62,177 nt of DNA, filler included, from Globobulimina sp. (GCA_003354225.1; 32 parts of 32 records of this genome joined end to end with filler, not necessarily neighbours in it); one strand, 5' to 3'. Shown: positions 1 through 11,444, numbered from the whole stretch's first letter. Numbers and translations are program-made. Notes: generated from the sequence alone by a model not told the origin.

Positions 1-1128
1 CCAACCTTAACCACTTCATCGCCCACACCTTCACCAACAAAAAACCCAAGCACATCCCCTTCAAATGCTCCATCAACAGCACCCACAAACAATCCAAGCT
101 CCGCACCAAGTAACGTCCCAACAAATGCACCAAGCATCGACCCTACATTATCTCCCACAACATCTCCGAGTTGGGTTCCAACTGCAGCACCGACTCATAT
201 TCCCACACCACAGCCAACCACAGCAATCCCTACACCAAACACACTGAGTCCAACCACATCTGAGCCCACACAGACTACGGCTGCTCCATCAACGGCTACG
301 TTTGGGCCTACTTTGAATACTCCACCACCAACCTCCACCGCTCAAGGTATACAGCTCAAGTTTCTATATATAAAATAATATGCATTTTGTATATGTTATT
401 TAGATGACTCAGATGATGACCATCTAAAAGCACAGAAAAATATATTCGACTATAAAATGGCGGTAATATTTGGATTGGTGTTGCTCATCTTAATTATGTG
501 CGGTTTGCTGTGTTGTTTAGTGATATTTGCAACAAACAAGAAACAGAGAAAGATGAGACGCGCAAAGAAGGAAAATGTAAAAGCAAATATCGAAATGGGG
601 GACAGATTGCATTCATTGAGTCCGCCGTCCAGCGCTTCGGTGCCTGATACCTTTCATAGCAATGCGTTGTTGTATGGCACCAATGCCACCAATGCCACGC
701 ACTTACAGTCAAATATTGTCATTGCAAAAGGCGTTGGGGAACCGGGAGAAGCGATGTCTATGGACACTTTGCCGCCACTGCCCGTTATTGTAAATATCGC
801 GGAATTTGATATTGAAACCGCAGGGAATGATATTGCCAATACATTGGACAGTGAGTCGGCAGTGCCTATTGCCGATGTGGAGGGTGATGATTTATATCAA
901 GTAAATATTAACGCAAATATTGTAACCAGCACTGGGGCCATGACTGGGGGCGATTGCCATTTTGAATCCGATTCTGATTCTGATTCGGATGATATAGGTT
1001 ATTATATTGAGGAGGTTATGCAAAATAATGTCGTGTATGTGGTTGACGAGGACGATGAAGATAATGAAGACGAAGCAATGTACGATAATCAAAGAACAAC
1101 TGAACCAAAAACTAGTAACAATTCTTAG
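1..1128 (+). CDS. 5'-partial mucin-like P/T/S-repeat type I membrane protein (intron 347-403)
   Basis: Frame 1 from base 1 reads PTLTTSSPTPSPTKNPS...; GT at 347 and AG at 402-403 splice in frame into ORF 457-1128, which has a hydrophobic helix, a basic stop-transfer segment and an acidic tail. Confidence 0.75.
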
Positions 1129-1356
1129 ACTGACGTACCATATATATATATATTTCCTCGTTTGACACAGTGTATAATATTATGATTATTCTCGTGCCAT
1201 GTTTTTTTTTCGTGTTGGTAACGTTTTATAGAAGTGTTAATTTTTATACATATTTTGATTACTTTTCCTGCAATTTATTTCAGTTATTGTTTCTTTCTTT
1301 TCCGCTATTTATTGTGACGAAAATAAGTTAGTTTAAATGCTAAGGTAAGTTAATAA

Positions 1357-1448
1357 TACCATGGTATTTATTTTCGCAGTATTTAATTTCGCAATTTGAG
1401 GTCAATTGCGAAATAAAATACCATGCGAAATTAAAGTGTTCTAAAGTA
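1357..1448. mobile_element. Small foldback/MITE-like element
   Basis: Nested inverted repeats: 1379-1396 vs 1404-1421 (1 mismatch) and 1367-1378 vs 1424-1435 (1 mismatch); ends TAC...GTA. Confidence 0.45.
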
Positions 1449-1607
1449 TGTCACACCGAATAGATCGCACATTCTAGAAACTTTTACAACATTTCTTAGT
1501 ATTTTGAAGACAAAAACAACTAATCTTCACTACTTATTTTCAATCGTACAGTCTTTGCGAAAGCAAGTATTATTAATACAGGCAGGTTTTACCTGCGTAA
1601 TACCATT

Positions 1608-1848
1608 ATGTCTGAAGCCAAGTCACAGGTCCGATGTATATATTTGTCGACATATTTAAACATTATGATAAATACAAGGATGAGAATGAATATCGAGAAG
1701 CATGGATTATTGGTTCAAAATGTTTGGTGTATTCGGATGTAGCAAGTGAGTGGATATTGGGTGAAATAATTGAAATATTTATAGATGATGAGGGTGAATG
1801 GTTAAATGTAAAATATATTAAAAAGAAAGAGATTTTTAGCAAACAAAT
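1608..1848 (+). CDS. 3'-partial protein with SH3/Tudor-like WxxGSxCxVYS...W...EGEWL motif (probable intron 1629-1678)
   Basis: ATG at 1608; a GT-AG intron joins MSEAKSQ to DENEYREAWIIGSKCLVYS in frame; truncated by the spacer. Confidence 0.5.
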
Positions 1849-1948
1849 NNNNNNNNNNNNNNNNNNNNNNNNNNNNNNNNNNNNNNNNNNNNTTAATTAA
1901 TTAANNNNNNNNNNNNNNNNNNNNNNNNNNNNNNNNNNNNNNNNNNNN
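1849..1948. other. Artificial contig spacer (N44-TTAATTAATTAA-N44), repeated 31 times at about 1947-nt period
   Basis: Identical 100-nt block with stops in all six frames between contigs of near-identical length. Confidence 0.98.
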
Positions 1949-2133
1949 GGGATTTTATTGTGTTTTATCAGAAATTAGCATGGCAAAATTTTTTGATTTA
2001 TCCTGGCAAAGTTACAAATGCGGATTGTTTCAGAATTGGACATATTGGAAATGTTCATCCTGTGGATATGGAGAGATTTGCTAAGGTGATTGGCAATGTT
2101 TGTAGCGATATGCAGTTATTTGAAACAAAGTGA
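1949..2133 (+). CDS. phnW: C-terminal fragment of 2-aminoethylphosphonate-pyruvate transaminase-like (class V PLP aminotransferase)
   Basis: Frame from 1951 reads [47 protein letters not shown]...*, matching the PhnW C-terminal pattern FYxxL...IYPGK...CFRIGxIG. Confidence 0.75.
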
Positions 2134-2308
2134 TATTATTACTTTTAATTGGTGCATTTGATCGACATTTTTGTATTATAATTATTTTTTAAATACTTTA
2201 TAATTAGAATAAGACCATATTACATGTTTTTCAATCGTTTTTATGACTTTTTAACATCATAAACCTACAGCTTTCCGATCGCTTTTTGGCAATTAAAAAT
2301 TTAACAGC

Positions 2309-3707
2309 ATGTCACTACGCAACTTGTTTAAAAAAGGAAAATGGAACAATTCCAAAACAGCAAAATATGGAAATGATTTATGTCCATCATTACTTGACGA
2401 AAAATTATCGCTATTAAAACCATCAAAAGATAATATAATTAAGACTGATTTTGATGAAAAAGCATCACCGTCCACAGAAACACCATTTGGCGCTATTGCT
2501 TATGGATCGGCTTCCAATCTCCATCGACAAAATGACTCATATTCGACCTTAACATCATATGGTTACAAAATAACAAAATTAATTCGTAACACATGTCAAG
2601 GTCAAATATTTGAAGCGAGCTCAATTAAAATTATTAATAACATGGAACGATTTGTCATAAAAAAAGTTGAGAGGAGATTATTTTCGCATAAAATAGCACA
2701 GCAATATGACCAATCAGGCTCAGTATGTGCAGCTGCGACGGATAAAAATATTTTAAAAGAAGCATTATTATTAAATCATTGTACACTCTCTAATACAGCA
2801 CCGGGACTACATATTGCTCAATTTATTGAATATTTTCATGATGAAAAATATTATTATTTAGTAATGGAACATGTGAGTGATATTAATTTAGCAGATTGGG
2901 TCAAAACCGCTTTTAAATATATTAAAAGTGACATATTGGATTTAAAACATTATAGAAAAACGATTAAATTCATATTTTGGCAGTTATCAGTTTCGCACTG
3001 TTTCTATATATGTTGTATTTGTATAATAATACTAATTTATAATTATTTAGGTTTTAGTGTACTGGTTACATTCAGATATGAATGTATGTCATTTAAGTAT
3101 TAAAATGGAAAATATTATGGTTAAAAATGGTGATTTTGGGGTTGGTGCAGACGGTATGATCAGTATTAACCCACGAATCAATATCAAATTATGTGATTTT
3201 TCATTGGCAGAGATATTTTCGACTGGGTATTATGTTGGTAAATCGTGCAAAAATGATTTTGATTGTGCTAAAAAAAAAGATATCTCACAATATTCAGCAC
3301 CAAATATATTTGAAATGGAAACATATGATGCACAGAAAGCAGATATTTGGTCAATGGGCATCCTTTTATATAAATTAGTGTTTGGTGATTATTCGATCAA
3401 TAATTATAATATGAAAGATATGGCAGGATTGTGGCCCATCGACATTGATGCGCTACAAAGCTATATTAAAGTTAATAACCTTTCAAAATATATGACACAG
3501 TCATTATTTGCGTTAATTTGTGGCATGCTCACTTATGATGAAAAAAGACGGTTTGATGTATTAAAAACCATTCAAAGCAAATGGATGGATGCTTATTGGC
3601 AAAAATATAAAATGAGGATTACAAAAAAATCATTCGCCCAAAGAGAAGAATTACAGACTGAGTATCACCGAAAAACGATGATACATTTCCCATATGATCA
3701 AACATAA
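2309..3707 (+). CDS. Ser/Thr (CAMK-like) protein kinase, probably a pseudokinase (intron 2990-3050)
   Basis: Spliced ORFs give VIKK, YLVMEH, HLSIKMEN, CDFS, YSAP and ADIWSMG kinase motifs. Confidence 0.85.
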
Positions 3708-4297
3708 ATATATCTTATACTCCCTCTCGTTTCTACTTTATATACCAATTTATTTTTAGTGTGGTTTGATGTTTTTGGTTTCTGTTTTCGTAAACANNNN
3801 NNNNNNNNNNNNNNNNNNNNNNNNNNNNNNNNNNNNNNNNTTAATTAATTAANNNNNNNNNNNNNNNNNNNNNNNNNNNNNNNNNNNNNNNNNNNNCGAT
3901 GTGGATAAATAATATTAATTTAACTTTAATTAATTATACTTTATAATACATATTGACAATAACCAATAACATTAAACCTATACCAATCTCTGGGTAGGGT
4001 GGGAGGGAAAAAAGAGAGAAACAAATACACAAAGCAAACAACAAAAACTTCTTAGTTCGTTACTTGAGTCCTTCTCAAAAATGAAACCTTCGTCGCTTAC
4101 ACAACGTTCAGTTTTAGATTGACATGGCAATACCGAGATCACGAGTTCTCCTTCGACTCCTTGTTAATTGTGCACTGCGAATGTCGACGTCTGTATTAAA
4201 GGTTTTTTTATCAGCGACAGAAAACTACTCGAAAGTTACCAATGTTAACACACGAATAAGATCCAAATAACGTAGAGACTAGGGGCATTTTATAATA

Positions 4298-5467
4298 ATG
4301 GATAGTGAGCAAATTACGTTGTTGGTATTTGGATATATCAGAAACATTAAACCTCAAAATCGCATCGATACATCCACTGAAAACACTGCTGTTATTCCCA
4401 ATGATATATTTAATATAGTTTTGTCATTTCACGCTAATTTTATTCCAGGATGCATTGGATTGATCAATTTAGGATACACAGACTTTATCAATGCAATTAT
4501 TCCATGCTTAAGCAACACACCACATTTTCGAAATTATTACTTATCTGATCAATACAAAATGGATATAAATAAGACCAATCCATTAGGAATGCAGGGTCAA
4601 TTAGTAACCGAATTTGCGAATATAATGAAACAGATTTGGACTGCTGATAACAACAAAACAATTGCAATTTCATCACTGGAACGCATATTATCTCAATTTG
4701 CTCCACGATTTACCGGTTATCAATCTCAGGATGCTTTTGAATTTTTGGCAGTTTTATTGGATGGAATGCATGAAGATACCAACTTAATTTTAAATAAACC
4801 ATCAACTGAAGCGGTTAAAGCAAATGGAAGAGCTGACAAAGTCGTTGCTAGTTTATCATGGAAAATGCATTTATTGCGCACTCAAAGTAAGATTGTTGAT
4901 TTATTTCATGGTCAAAGCAAATCACAGGTTATTTGTAAATGTAATTATATGTCAGCTGCATTTGATCCATTCGTGTTTTTATCAATTCCTGTTCCTGATT
5001 TAGAGACATGTACAATATATGATTGTATGGATGAATTTGTCAAACAGGAAGCATTGGAAGGGTGGTATTGTAGGAAATGCAAAGATTTTGTAGATGGCAG
5101 CAGAAAAGTTGATTTATGGTCATGTCCAGAAATATTAGTAATTCAATTCAAACGATATTCATATAAACGTAACAAAGGAAAGAATCAATCATTTATTCAA
5201 TATCCTGTGCATCAGTTAGATTTATCAAAATATGTTATTGCTGATCATGATGATTTATGTATTAAACCCATATATAATTTATATGCAGTGACCAATCATA
5301 AAGTTGCAGGATTTGCAAGTGGTGTTCAGTATTATTGTACAGTCAAAAATATAGAAAATGGAAAATGGTATTTTTTCAGTGGTGATAAATCAAATGTTCG
5401 TGTTGCGACAGAAAATGAAATTACTTCATCTGATTCCTATGTATTATTCTATACAAAATGTCACTAA
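4298..5467 (+). CDS. USP-family ubiquitin hydrolase homolog (USP4/8/15-like), catalytically degenerate
   Basis: GLINLGYTDFINA Cys box, QDAFEFL, LHED-like MHED, WYCRKCK, PEILVIQFKR, YNLYAVTNH. Confidence 0.9.
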   Translation: MDSEQITLLVFGYIRNIKPQNRIDTSTENTAVIPNDIFNIVLSFHANFIPGCIGLINLGYTDFINAIIPCLSNTPHFRNYYLSDQYKMDINKTNPLGMQGQLVTEFANIMKQIWTADNNKTIAISSLERILSQFAPRFTGYQSQDAFEFLAVLLDGMHEDTNLILNKPSTEAVKANGRADKVVASLSWKMHLLRTQSKIVDLFHGQSKSQVICKCNYMSAAFDPFVFLSIPVPDLETCTIYDCMDEFVKQEALEGWYCRKCKDFVDGSRKVDLWSCPEILVIQFKRYSYKRNKGKNQSFIQYPVHQLDLSKYVIADHDDLCIKPIYNLYAVTNHKVAGFASGVQYYCTVKNIENGKWYFFSGDKSNVRVATENEITSSDSYVLFYTKCH

Positions 5468-5605
5468 ATCGATATTTTTTGTTAACTCGTTGTATAAATT
5501 AAATTTAGCAATGCAAATGAAGCTCAAATTAAATCGTTAATATTATTATGTTATGTTTTTTTTTGTATGTTTTTGTTATTATCAGTTGTTTTTTATACAT
5601 TTTAG

Positions 5606-5743
5606 ATAAGAATAAAGATATTCATACGTTTGTGCAAAGTACAAAGGTGACATTTGCGGATGTAACGGCATCAATGATTGATAGTTATATAGAAACAAAG
5701 GAATCATTTGATATAGCCGGTGGTTATGGAATGCAAGCAATTG
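5606..5743 (+). CDS. Maf-family nucleotide pyrophosphatase fragment (orphan exon)
   Basis: TKVTFADVTASMIDSYIETKESFDIAGGYGMQ resembles the Maf motif TxVxF...YxxTGEPxDKAGAYGIQ; preceded by a T-rich acceptor with AG at 5604-5605. Confidence 0.6.
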
Positions 5744-6109
5744 NNNNNNNNNNNNNNNNNNNNNNNNNNNNNNNNNNNNNNNNNNNNTTAATTAATTAAN
5801 NNNNNNNNNNNNNNNNNNNNNNNNNNNNNNNNNNNNNNNNNNNCTCAATGCATAATCCATGATATTTCTTGCCAAGTCGCGCGAGAATCGGTGGATTCAG
5901 TTCCTAGGTGATGGGAGAACTGATTTCTAACGTTTGTTTGACAAAAATTGGTTTAACGTCGACGCTTTAAAAAGATTTCAAAAAGTTTCAAAAAGATTTA
6001 AAAAGATTTAAAAAGTTTAAAAACAAATGAAGTGTTGACCAGCGCCAAAACTTCACAACTGTGCTAGTCATCTTCGCTTCAAACACCACACTAAGACCGA
6101 AAATTGTGT

Positions 6110-7672
6110 TCATTCATCAAACTGATGCAAAGAAATATTACGAGAAACACTCGACTCAGTGTAAGATTCGTCACTGAAACAATCGATATCATGATGATAG
6201 GTAAGCAGCCATGCGCAGCAATACGTGTTCAAATTAACATTTTCGCAATGTCCACATTGTTTATATTGTAATCGAATTTGTATTTGCAAATAATATAAAT
6301 AACTTGACCCAATGCTTAAAATATGGACCAAAATATAAATAAATTCATGATTTTTAAGACCAGCGATACTTAGAAACAGTGCATCGATCAAAAATACACA
6401 ACCAAAATGTTGCAAAGCTAATTTTAAATATTCTTTGCCATCGCCATCATACTTACTATAATATCCATAATAAACATATTTGCGAATACATTTTGCTGCA
6501 CAGCATAACGATACAACTCCCATACAAAATAGCCATACAATATTTGTATAAATTAACGTGATTAAAAATTGAAAATACCAAACATAGCAAATAAATAAAA
6601 ATACCAAAAGGAGAAAAATCATCATTAAAATATACCGAAACGACAAAGATAACATTTTCCTTTTTGGAAACGCATTAATTAAACTGAACATTGGTAGCAA
6701 TCCCAAATGAAATATCCAAAACATAATATACATAAAAAAATATCCGTAATCCTGCGCGTTGGATTGAGCGTACATTCGATAATACAACGATTCCATGTAA
6801 AGATAAGACAGAATCTTAATAAACCAATAATTAATTTGCCAGTGGTAGCAATTACTTAATATTAATACGATTGAAATGCAATATAATAATCCATATTTTT
6901 CAATTAATATCAAATAAATGCAATGCACATTGGAACAGTTGTCACATCGCAAAGCATTGCACCATTTCATCAAAGGGATATACAAATTATTATTATCAAT
7001 GGCTGACAGTTTAAATGCATATTTTATGGCAAATATGTTTCTTTTATTCAAGAAACATATTTGCAGTCCAATGCCGATGATGTGAATGGTGACAACAATA
7101 AATAAAATCCATGAAAAAAAATAAATTAAAGTAAATAATTTTAGCATTGGATAAATTGCGTGAAAGGGACTTAAAAAAAATAAAAAAAATATGCAATAAC
7201 ATATAAGTATCAACATTTCAATCCATCCTAAACTGTATGGCAGCCAATATATACGCTTTAATTCGAGGATTATGAATTCATCGTAGTAATTATTTAAAAA
7301 AAGTGATTCTTCATCTTCTTCCATTTCACCAATCATTATCTCAATTTGAATAAATATTTCTTCAGGAATATAACCGTAATATTTCTTGCAATAAATTCTC
7401 ATTGTTTCAAATTGTTTGCTGATCGGCAGTAACTTCCTGATGTATTTGTTACATTCCCTGATGTTTGATAGGTTTACATCAAACGGTATTAAACACGTAG
7501 AAAATGGCAAAGTCCCTAGCCACTTTAACAAATTATAAAACGTTGACATTGCTATAAGTTGAGTCGATCGACGATCGTTAGTAATATTTTGTTCGTCACC
7601 GTAACGGGGAAACATCCCACCAATCCGTGCTTCCATATTGATGAATAAAGAGAGATTTATGTCGAACTGCAT
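6110..7672 (-). CDS. Uncharacterised polytopic membrane protein
   Basis: 520-aa ORF with many hydrophobic helices and Cys/His-rich loops. Confidence 0.6.
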   Translation of the reverse strand: MQFDINLSLFINMEARIGGMFPRYGDEQNITNDRRSTQLIAMSTFYNLLKWLGTLPFSTCLIPFDVNLSNIRECNKYIRKLLPISKQFETMRIYCKKYYGYIPEEIFIQIEIMIGEMEEDEESLFLNNYYDEFIILELKRIYWLPYSLGWIEMLILICYCIFFLFFLSPFHAIYPMLKLFTLIYFFSWILFIVVTIHIIGIGLQICFLNKRNIFAIKYAFKLSAIDNNNLYIPLMKWCNALRCDNCSNVHCIYLILIEKYGLLYCISIVLILSNCYHWQINYWFIKILSYLYMESLYYRMYAQSNAQDYGYFFMYIMFWIFHLGLLPMFSLINAFPKRKMLSLSFRYILMMIFLLLVFLFICYVWYFQFLITLIYTNIVWLFCMGVVSLCCAAKCIRKYVYYGYYSKYDGDGKEYLKLALQHFGCVFLIDALFLSIAGLKNHEFIYILVHILSIGSSYLYYLQIQIRLQYKQCGHCENVNLNTYCCAWLLTYHHDIDCFSDESYTESSVSRNISLHQFDE

Positions 7673-7926
7673 TCATTAAATGCCACACAANNNNNNNNNN
7701 NNNNNNNNNNNNNNNNNNNNNNNNNNNNNNNNNNTTAATTAATTAANNNNNNNNNNNNNNNNNNNNNNNNNNNNNNNNNNNNNNNNNNNNGTAAGGATTA
7801 ATTGTCTTTATTTAAGTATTCTAGTCCAGTCACTAACTTAGTCGAAAAACCTCAAAACAATCACAAACAAGGGACGAGTCATCAAAGTCAAGGCGTAGTA
7901 TCCACAATTATAAAAGATTTACACAT

Positions 7927-8508
7927 TTGGATTTTAATAATTCTTTAAAAAAGAATATCATTTTTATGCAAAATGAGCGCATTTATGTTGGTGATGACGT
8001 ACTTTCAGATTACAAACAATATCTTCATTACGCATCCATGTTACAACAATTTCACATCGTATTATGTCCCACATTGCAACAGGACCTGTACTGGCATACT
8101 CATCTGATATTCCCTCATTGTTATTGGAAAGAAACAAAAAATGTAACCAACGGACATATTGTTCTTGATCATAAAGATAACATTTCCGCGCATAAAATGA
8201 AAATATATCAAAGGTTTTCAATTAAATTAAATTCCATTCTTCAAACCGATCCATCGAAATACAAAAAAGATCCACAATATGGACAGGTATTAATATCCCA
8301 TTTAATTGATCAACAGAAAGAATATCAAAGATCTATTTTATTGGTTGTAGGATATTTGAGGAGCGTATGTATTGCATTTGGAATGTTGAGTGTCGATATT
8401 ATTGAATGTTTGTGTGTTGATTATTACTGTACAACAACAGATCCTCCACAAGAAAAAACACCACCACTTACTGCTGAGTGTGGTGATTGTGGTGACTGTG
8501 GACATTAG
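7927..8508 (+). CDS. Glycine-rich domain protein (GRDP)-like
   Basis: CPTLQQDLYWHTHLIFPHCY resembles the GRDP motif PTxDIDLxWHTHxxxPxxY; ends in CGDCGDCG. True start uncertain. Confidence 0.65.
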   Translation: MDFNNSLKKNIIFMQNERIYVGDDVLSDYKQYLHYASMLQQFHIVLCPTLQQDLYWHTHLIFPHCYWKETKNVTNGHIVLDHKDNISAHKMKIYQRFSIKLNSILQTDPSKYKKDPQYGQVLISHLIDQQKEYQRSILLVVGYLRSVCIAFGMLSVDIIECLCVDYYCTTTDPPQEKTPPLTAECGDCGDCGH

Positions 8509-8674
8509 AACAACGGTTGATTTATATATTGTTTGATTTAAGTAAATTAATGTCATATCTTGTTGATCTCGACGCTGACGACACGAAATTCAAACTGCAA
8601 GAAATGTATATTGTATCAAGTGGCAGCCTAAACGTTTTTTTTATATTTATTTTATGCACTAACTCAATCGTATC

Positions 8675-9370
8675 ATGTCGTCCCTGTCTTTGGTGCTCTA
8701 CATTTTTTTGAACATAATTTATAATACGCTTGCCGATGTCGAACTGCGTGGTTTGGTAAAATCGTGTCCAGGATGAAAATTAAACCGCCTCCCTGAGGTT
8801 CGCAAGTTCCTTAAGGAGAGCGGTGGATACAAATTATACAATAATGTTGAAGTTGAATGGATCAAAGGGTATGCTTTATAAACATATACACAGTCTTTTA
8901 TTATTAACTATATACTATATTCCATCTGTATAATATCAAGAAATAATCCTGATCTTTACATATTTGATAAAAATACTGGCGAACAACTGGAAAGGATAGA
9001 TTTGAGTTCATATAAATACACTGAATTGCATACATTTTTTGCAAAGAAATTTGGGAAAAAAGATGGATCGGATAATGGTCCGCTTGGTGATGGCGCTGCT
9101 ATTGATATTAAGGCAAATAATGGAATTGTAAACCATCTGACTGCGAATGCGATGGAGAGAATTAAAATGAATGCTGACATATTTGAAGGAATTGAAAATA
9201 TTAAACTGGACACATCAGCAATGTTAACTAGCAGAGCTATTTATTTGTCATTATTTATAATTGTTGTTCTATTTACAATTTACGTCATTGCATTTAATCC
9301 ATCATTTTTGAAAAGACTGAGTCGTTTTTGTGGTTGCGACTCTTATTTTGGATCCAAAGCAACTGTGTAA
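8675..9370 (+). CDS. SELENOM: Selenoprotein M/F (Sep15/SelM)-like with C-terminal TM helix; Sec codon TGA 8774-8776; intron 8869-8940
   Basis: ATG 8675 gives signal peptide MSSLSLVLYIFLNIIYNTLA, then DVELRGLVKSCPG[TGA]KLNRLPEVRKFL...VEVEWIKG|NNPDLYIFDKNTGEQLERIDLS, matching SelM CxxU-LNRLxEVKxF and GxxPxL...ERIxL. Confidence 0.88.
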
Positions 9371-9477
9371 ACACTTTAAAATGGATTATTTCATCATCAA
9401 TCTTCATTCTTCATTCTTTTTCAAAATTAAAAGTGATGGTACTCATATTCAATATTTTGGATCATGAACGCTTGATA

Positions 9478-9554
9478 ATATCTCAAATATTATGAAAATG
9501 AATGGTAATGAACTTGTTGCAATCTGTTTTTGATAAATATAATTGTTGTGATAT
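9478..9554 (+). promoter_or_regulatory. Candidate SECIS element in the selenoprotein 3' UTR
   Basis: ATGA 9492-9495, 11 nt, AA 9507-9508, 23 nt, GA 9532-9533. Basal pairing ATATT/AATAT (9487-9491/9536-9540) and ATATCTCAA/TTGTGATAT; helix II is weak. Confidence 0.4.
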
Positions 9555-11444
9555 CCTTGCACATCGAAAACACATTTATTTATTTTTTGAGAGATTTTAC
9601 TACACAAAAATAGCTAAAAGTTTTTCTAAAACATCATNNNNNNNNNNNNNNNNNNNNNNNNNNNNNNNNNNNNNNNNNNNNTTAATTAATTAANNNNNNN
9701 NNNNNNNNNNNNNNNNNNNNNNNNNNNNNNNNNNNNNAATTTACTTAAGTGATGATAATGATCATGGCATACCTAGCAATCAGTGCACTCCTGAAATTTC
9801 TAGACAGCGGAATCTTGTTTAGCTGGTCAAGAAATGTTAGAAAATATATTATGAGCACATTCTGATTGAGATACTCTCATCAAATAATCAAATTAAAATC
9901 ACAGTAAATGTCAATTTAAAATGTGGTTTGGCGTGCAATGCCCTTAAAAGTAGCACAATATTTACGATTAAATCATCATAGGGATACATATAAATTAAAT
10001 GATCGAGGTTTTAATTCAATCACTTTGAAAAATGATTGCAATATCGATGTTGTTCACAGAAATGGTATTGATCCAATTGTTAGACTTAAAAAGGTAAAAA
10101 ATTCATTATTGGTTGTTCCAAAAGGGTCTGTTATAGCATGCAGATATCAACACCAACTGCCAGCCAATGAAAAAAGTTCCTTAAGTTTAATAGCGCGAAG
10201 CAAATCATCACCAACTGTTTATAACAATTATTGAATAATTTTTGATGTATTTATATTTTTTTATTGAACATACGCGACATGTAATTAATTAGCCATTCGC
10301 CTCCGTTGAAAACTGCTAAAATCTAACATTTATCTAACTCATTGCAAAAAAAACACTGATAGCTACAAAACTGCTACTTCAAAACTTTAAGAAATCAATT
10401 TCCCCTCCACCCACTAAACTAACCATCCCCTCGTCATTTTCAGCGAGTACAAAACGATACGTATCACCTGTGGATGTGCCTCTCAATTGCTGGTGATAAG
10501 CGGATGCAGCGTTCTCGCGTAGTAGGCTGCACATAAGATTATATATTGGTGTTGCTGACGTTTAGACGGATGGTATAATATTAAAGAATGCTCGCTATCA
10601 TTAAAGTTATAATAAAGTCCAATGCAGTTAGATTTACGTGTGGTGAATGGAAACAGTTTATGTGGATCGTGGAGCTGGGAATTGATGATATAATGATAAA
10701 CCGATGGTAATAATTTAATAAGTAACAAAATGAATTTATTACAATAAATGTGATTTTATAGTATGTGTTTTAGCATATTCGCAGTAATAAATTATTATTA
10801 ATGATCAAAGACTGTATATCTATCAATTTATTCAATTATCAATTTATTCAATTATCAAAGACTAATAATTTATTAATTAATCAAACATGTACAGCAATGT
10901 AAAAATTACGCAAATTTTAATATTTCAAAACAAATCAATGTAAAATTATATACGCAAATTCGCACACTAAAACTATTTTGATTGGCATCAAAATTTAGTG
11001 TCATTCAACGAATATTATAATATTACAAAGAAAATTCTAATCAATTTTAAATCAAATTCAATCAAGTCTTGGACATTGCACCGGGCAGAGAGAGTTCCAA
11101 AACCGTAAAGGGAGAATCAATCAAAGTGCCTATTGTATAATCTTGTTAACTTTTATTGGTTTCTGTGTTCTCTTCTCTGTTTCTTTTGTCCTCTTATTCT
11201 TATTTTTATTTTTATTTGTTCCAAATCCAGTTAAAAACTTTAGTCAGTCAGCAACATTTCTACATTTAGCATCTTGACAAACGAGACGTGGATTTTGGTT
11301 AATATGGTGCGGATACGAGTGATCAGACGCAAATTACGAACGCAATAAGTTATAGTTAATTTTTGTAATCTGCGAAAAAACATAAAACAATCTGCGAAAA
11401 AACATAAAAAAACATAAAGGAAAACATAATGGTAATGTTAATGA

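Noticed and set aside
10440-10700. GC-richer stretch as a snRNA, RNase MRP or SRP RNA
   Set aside because: I could not match any diagnostic conserved motif; an Infernal search would be needed.
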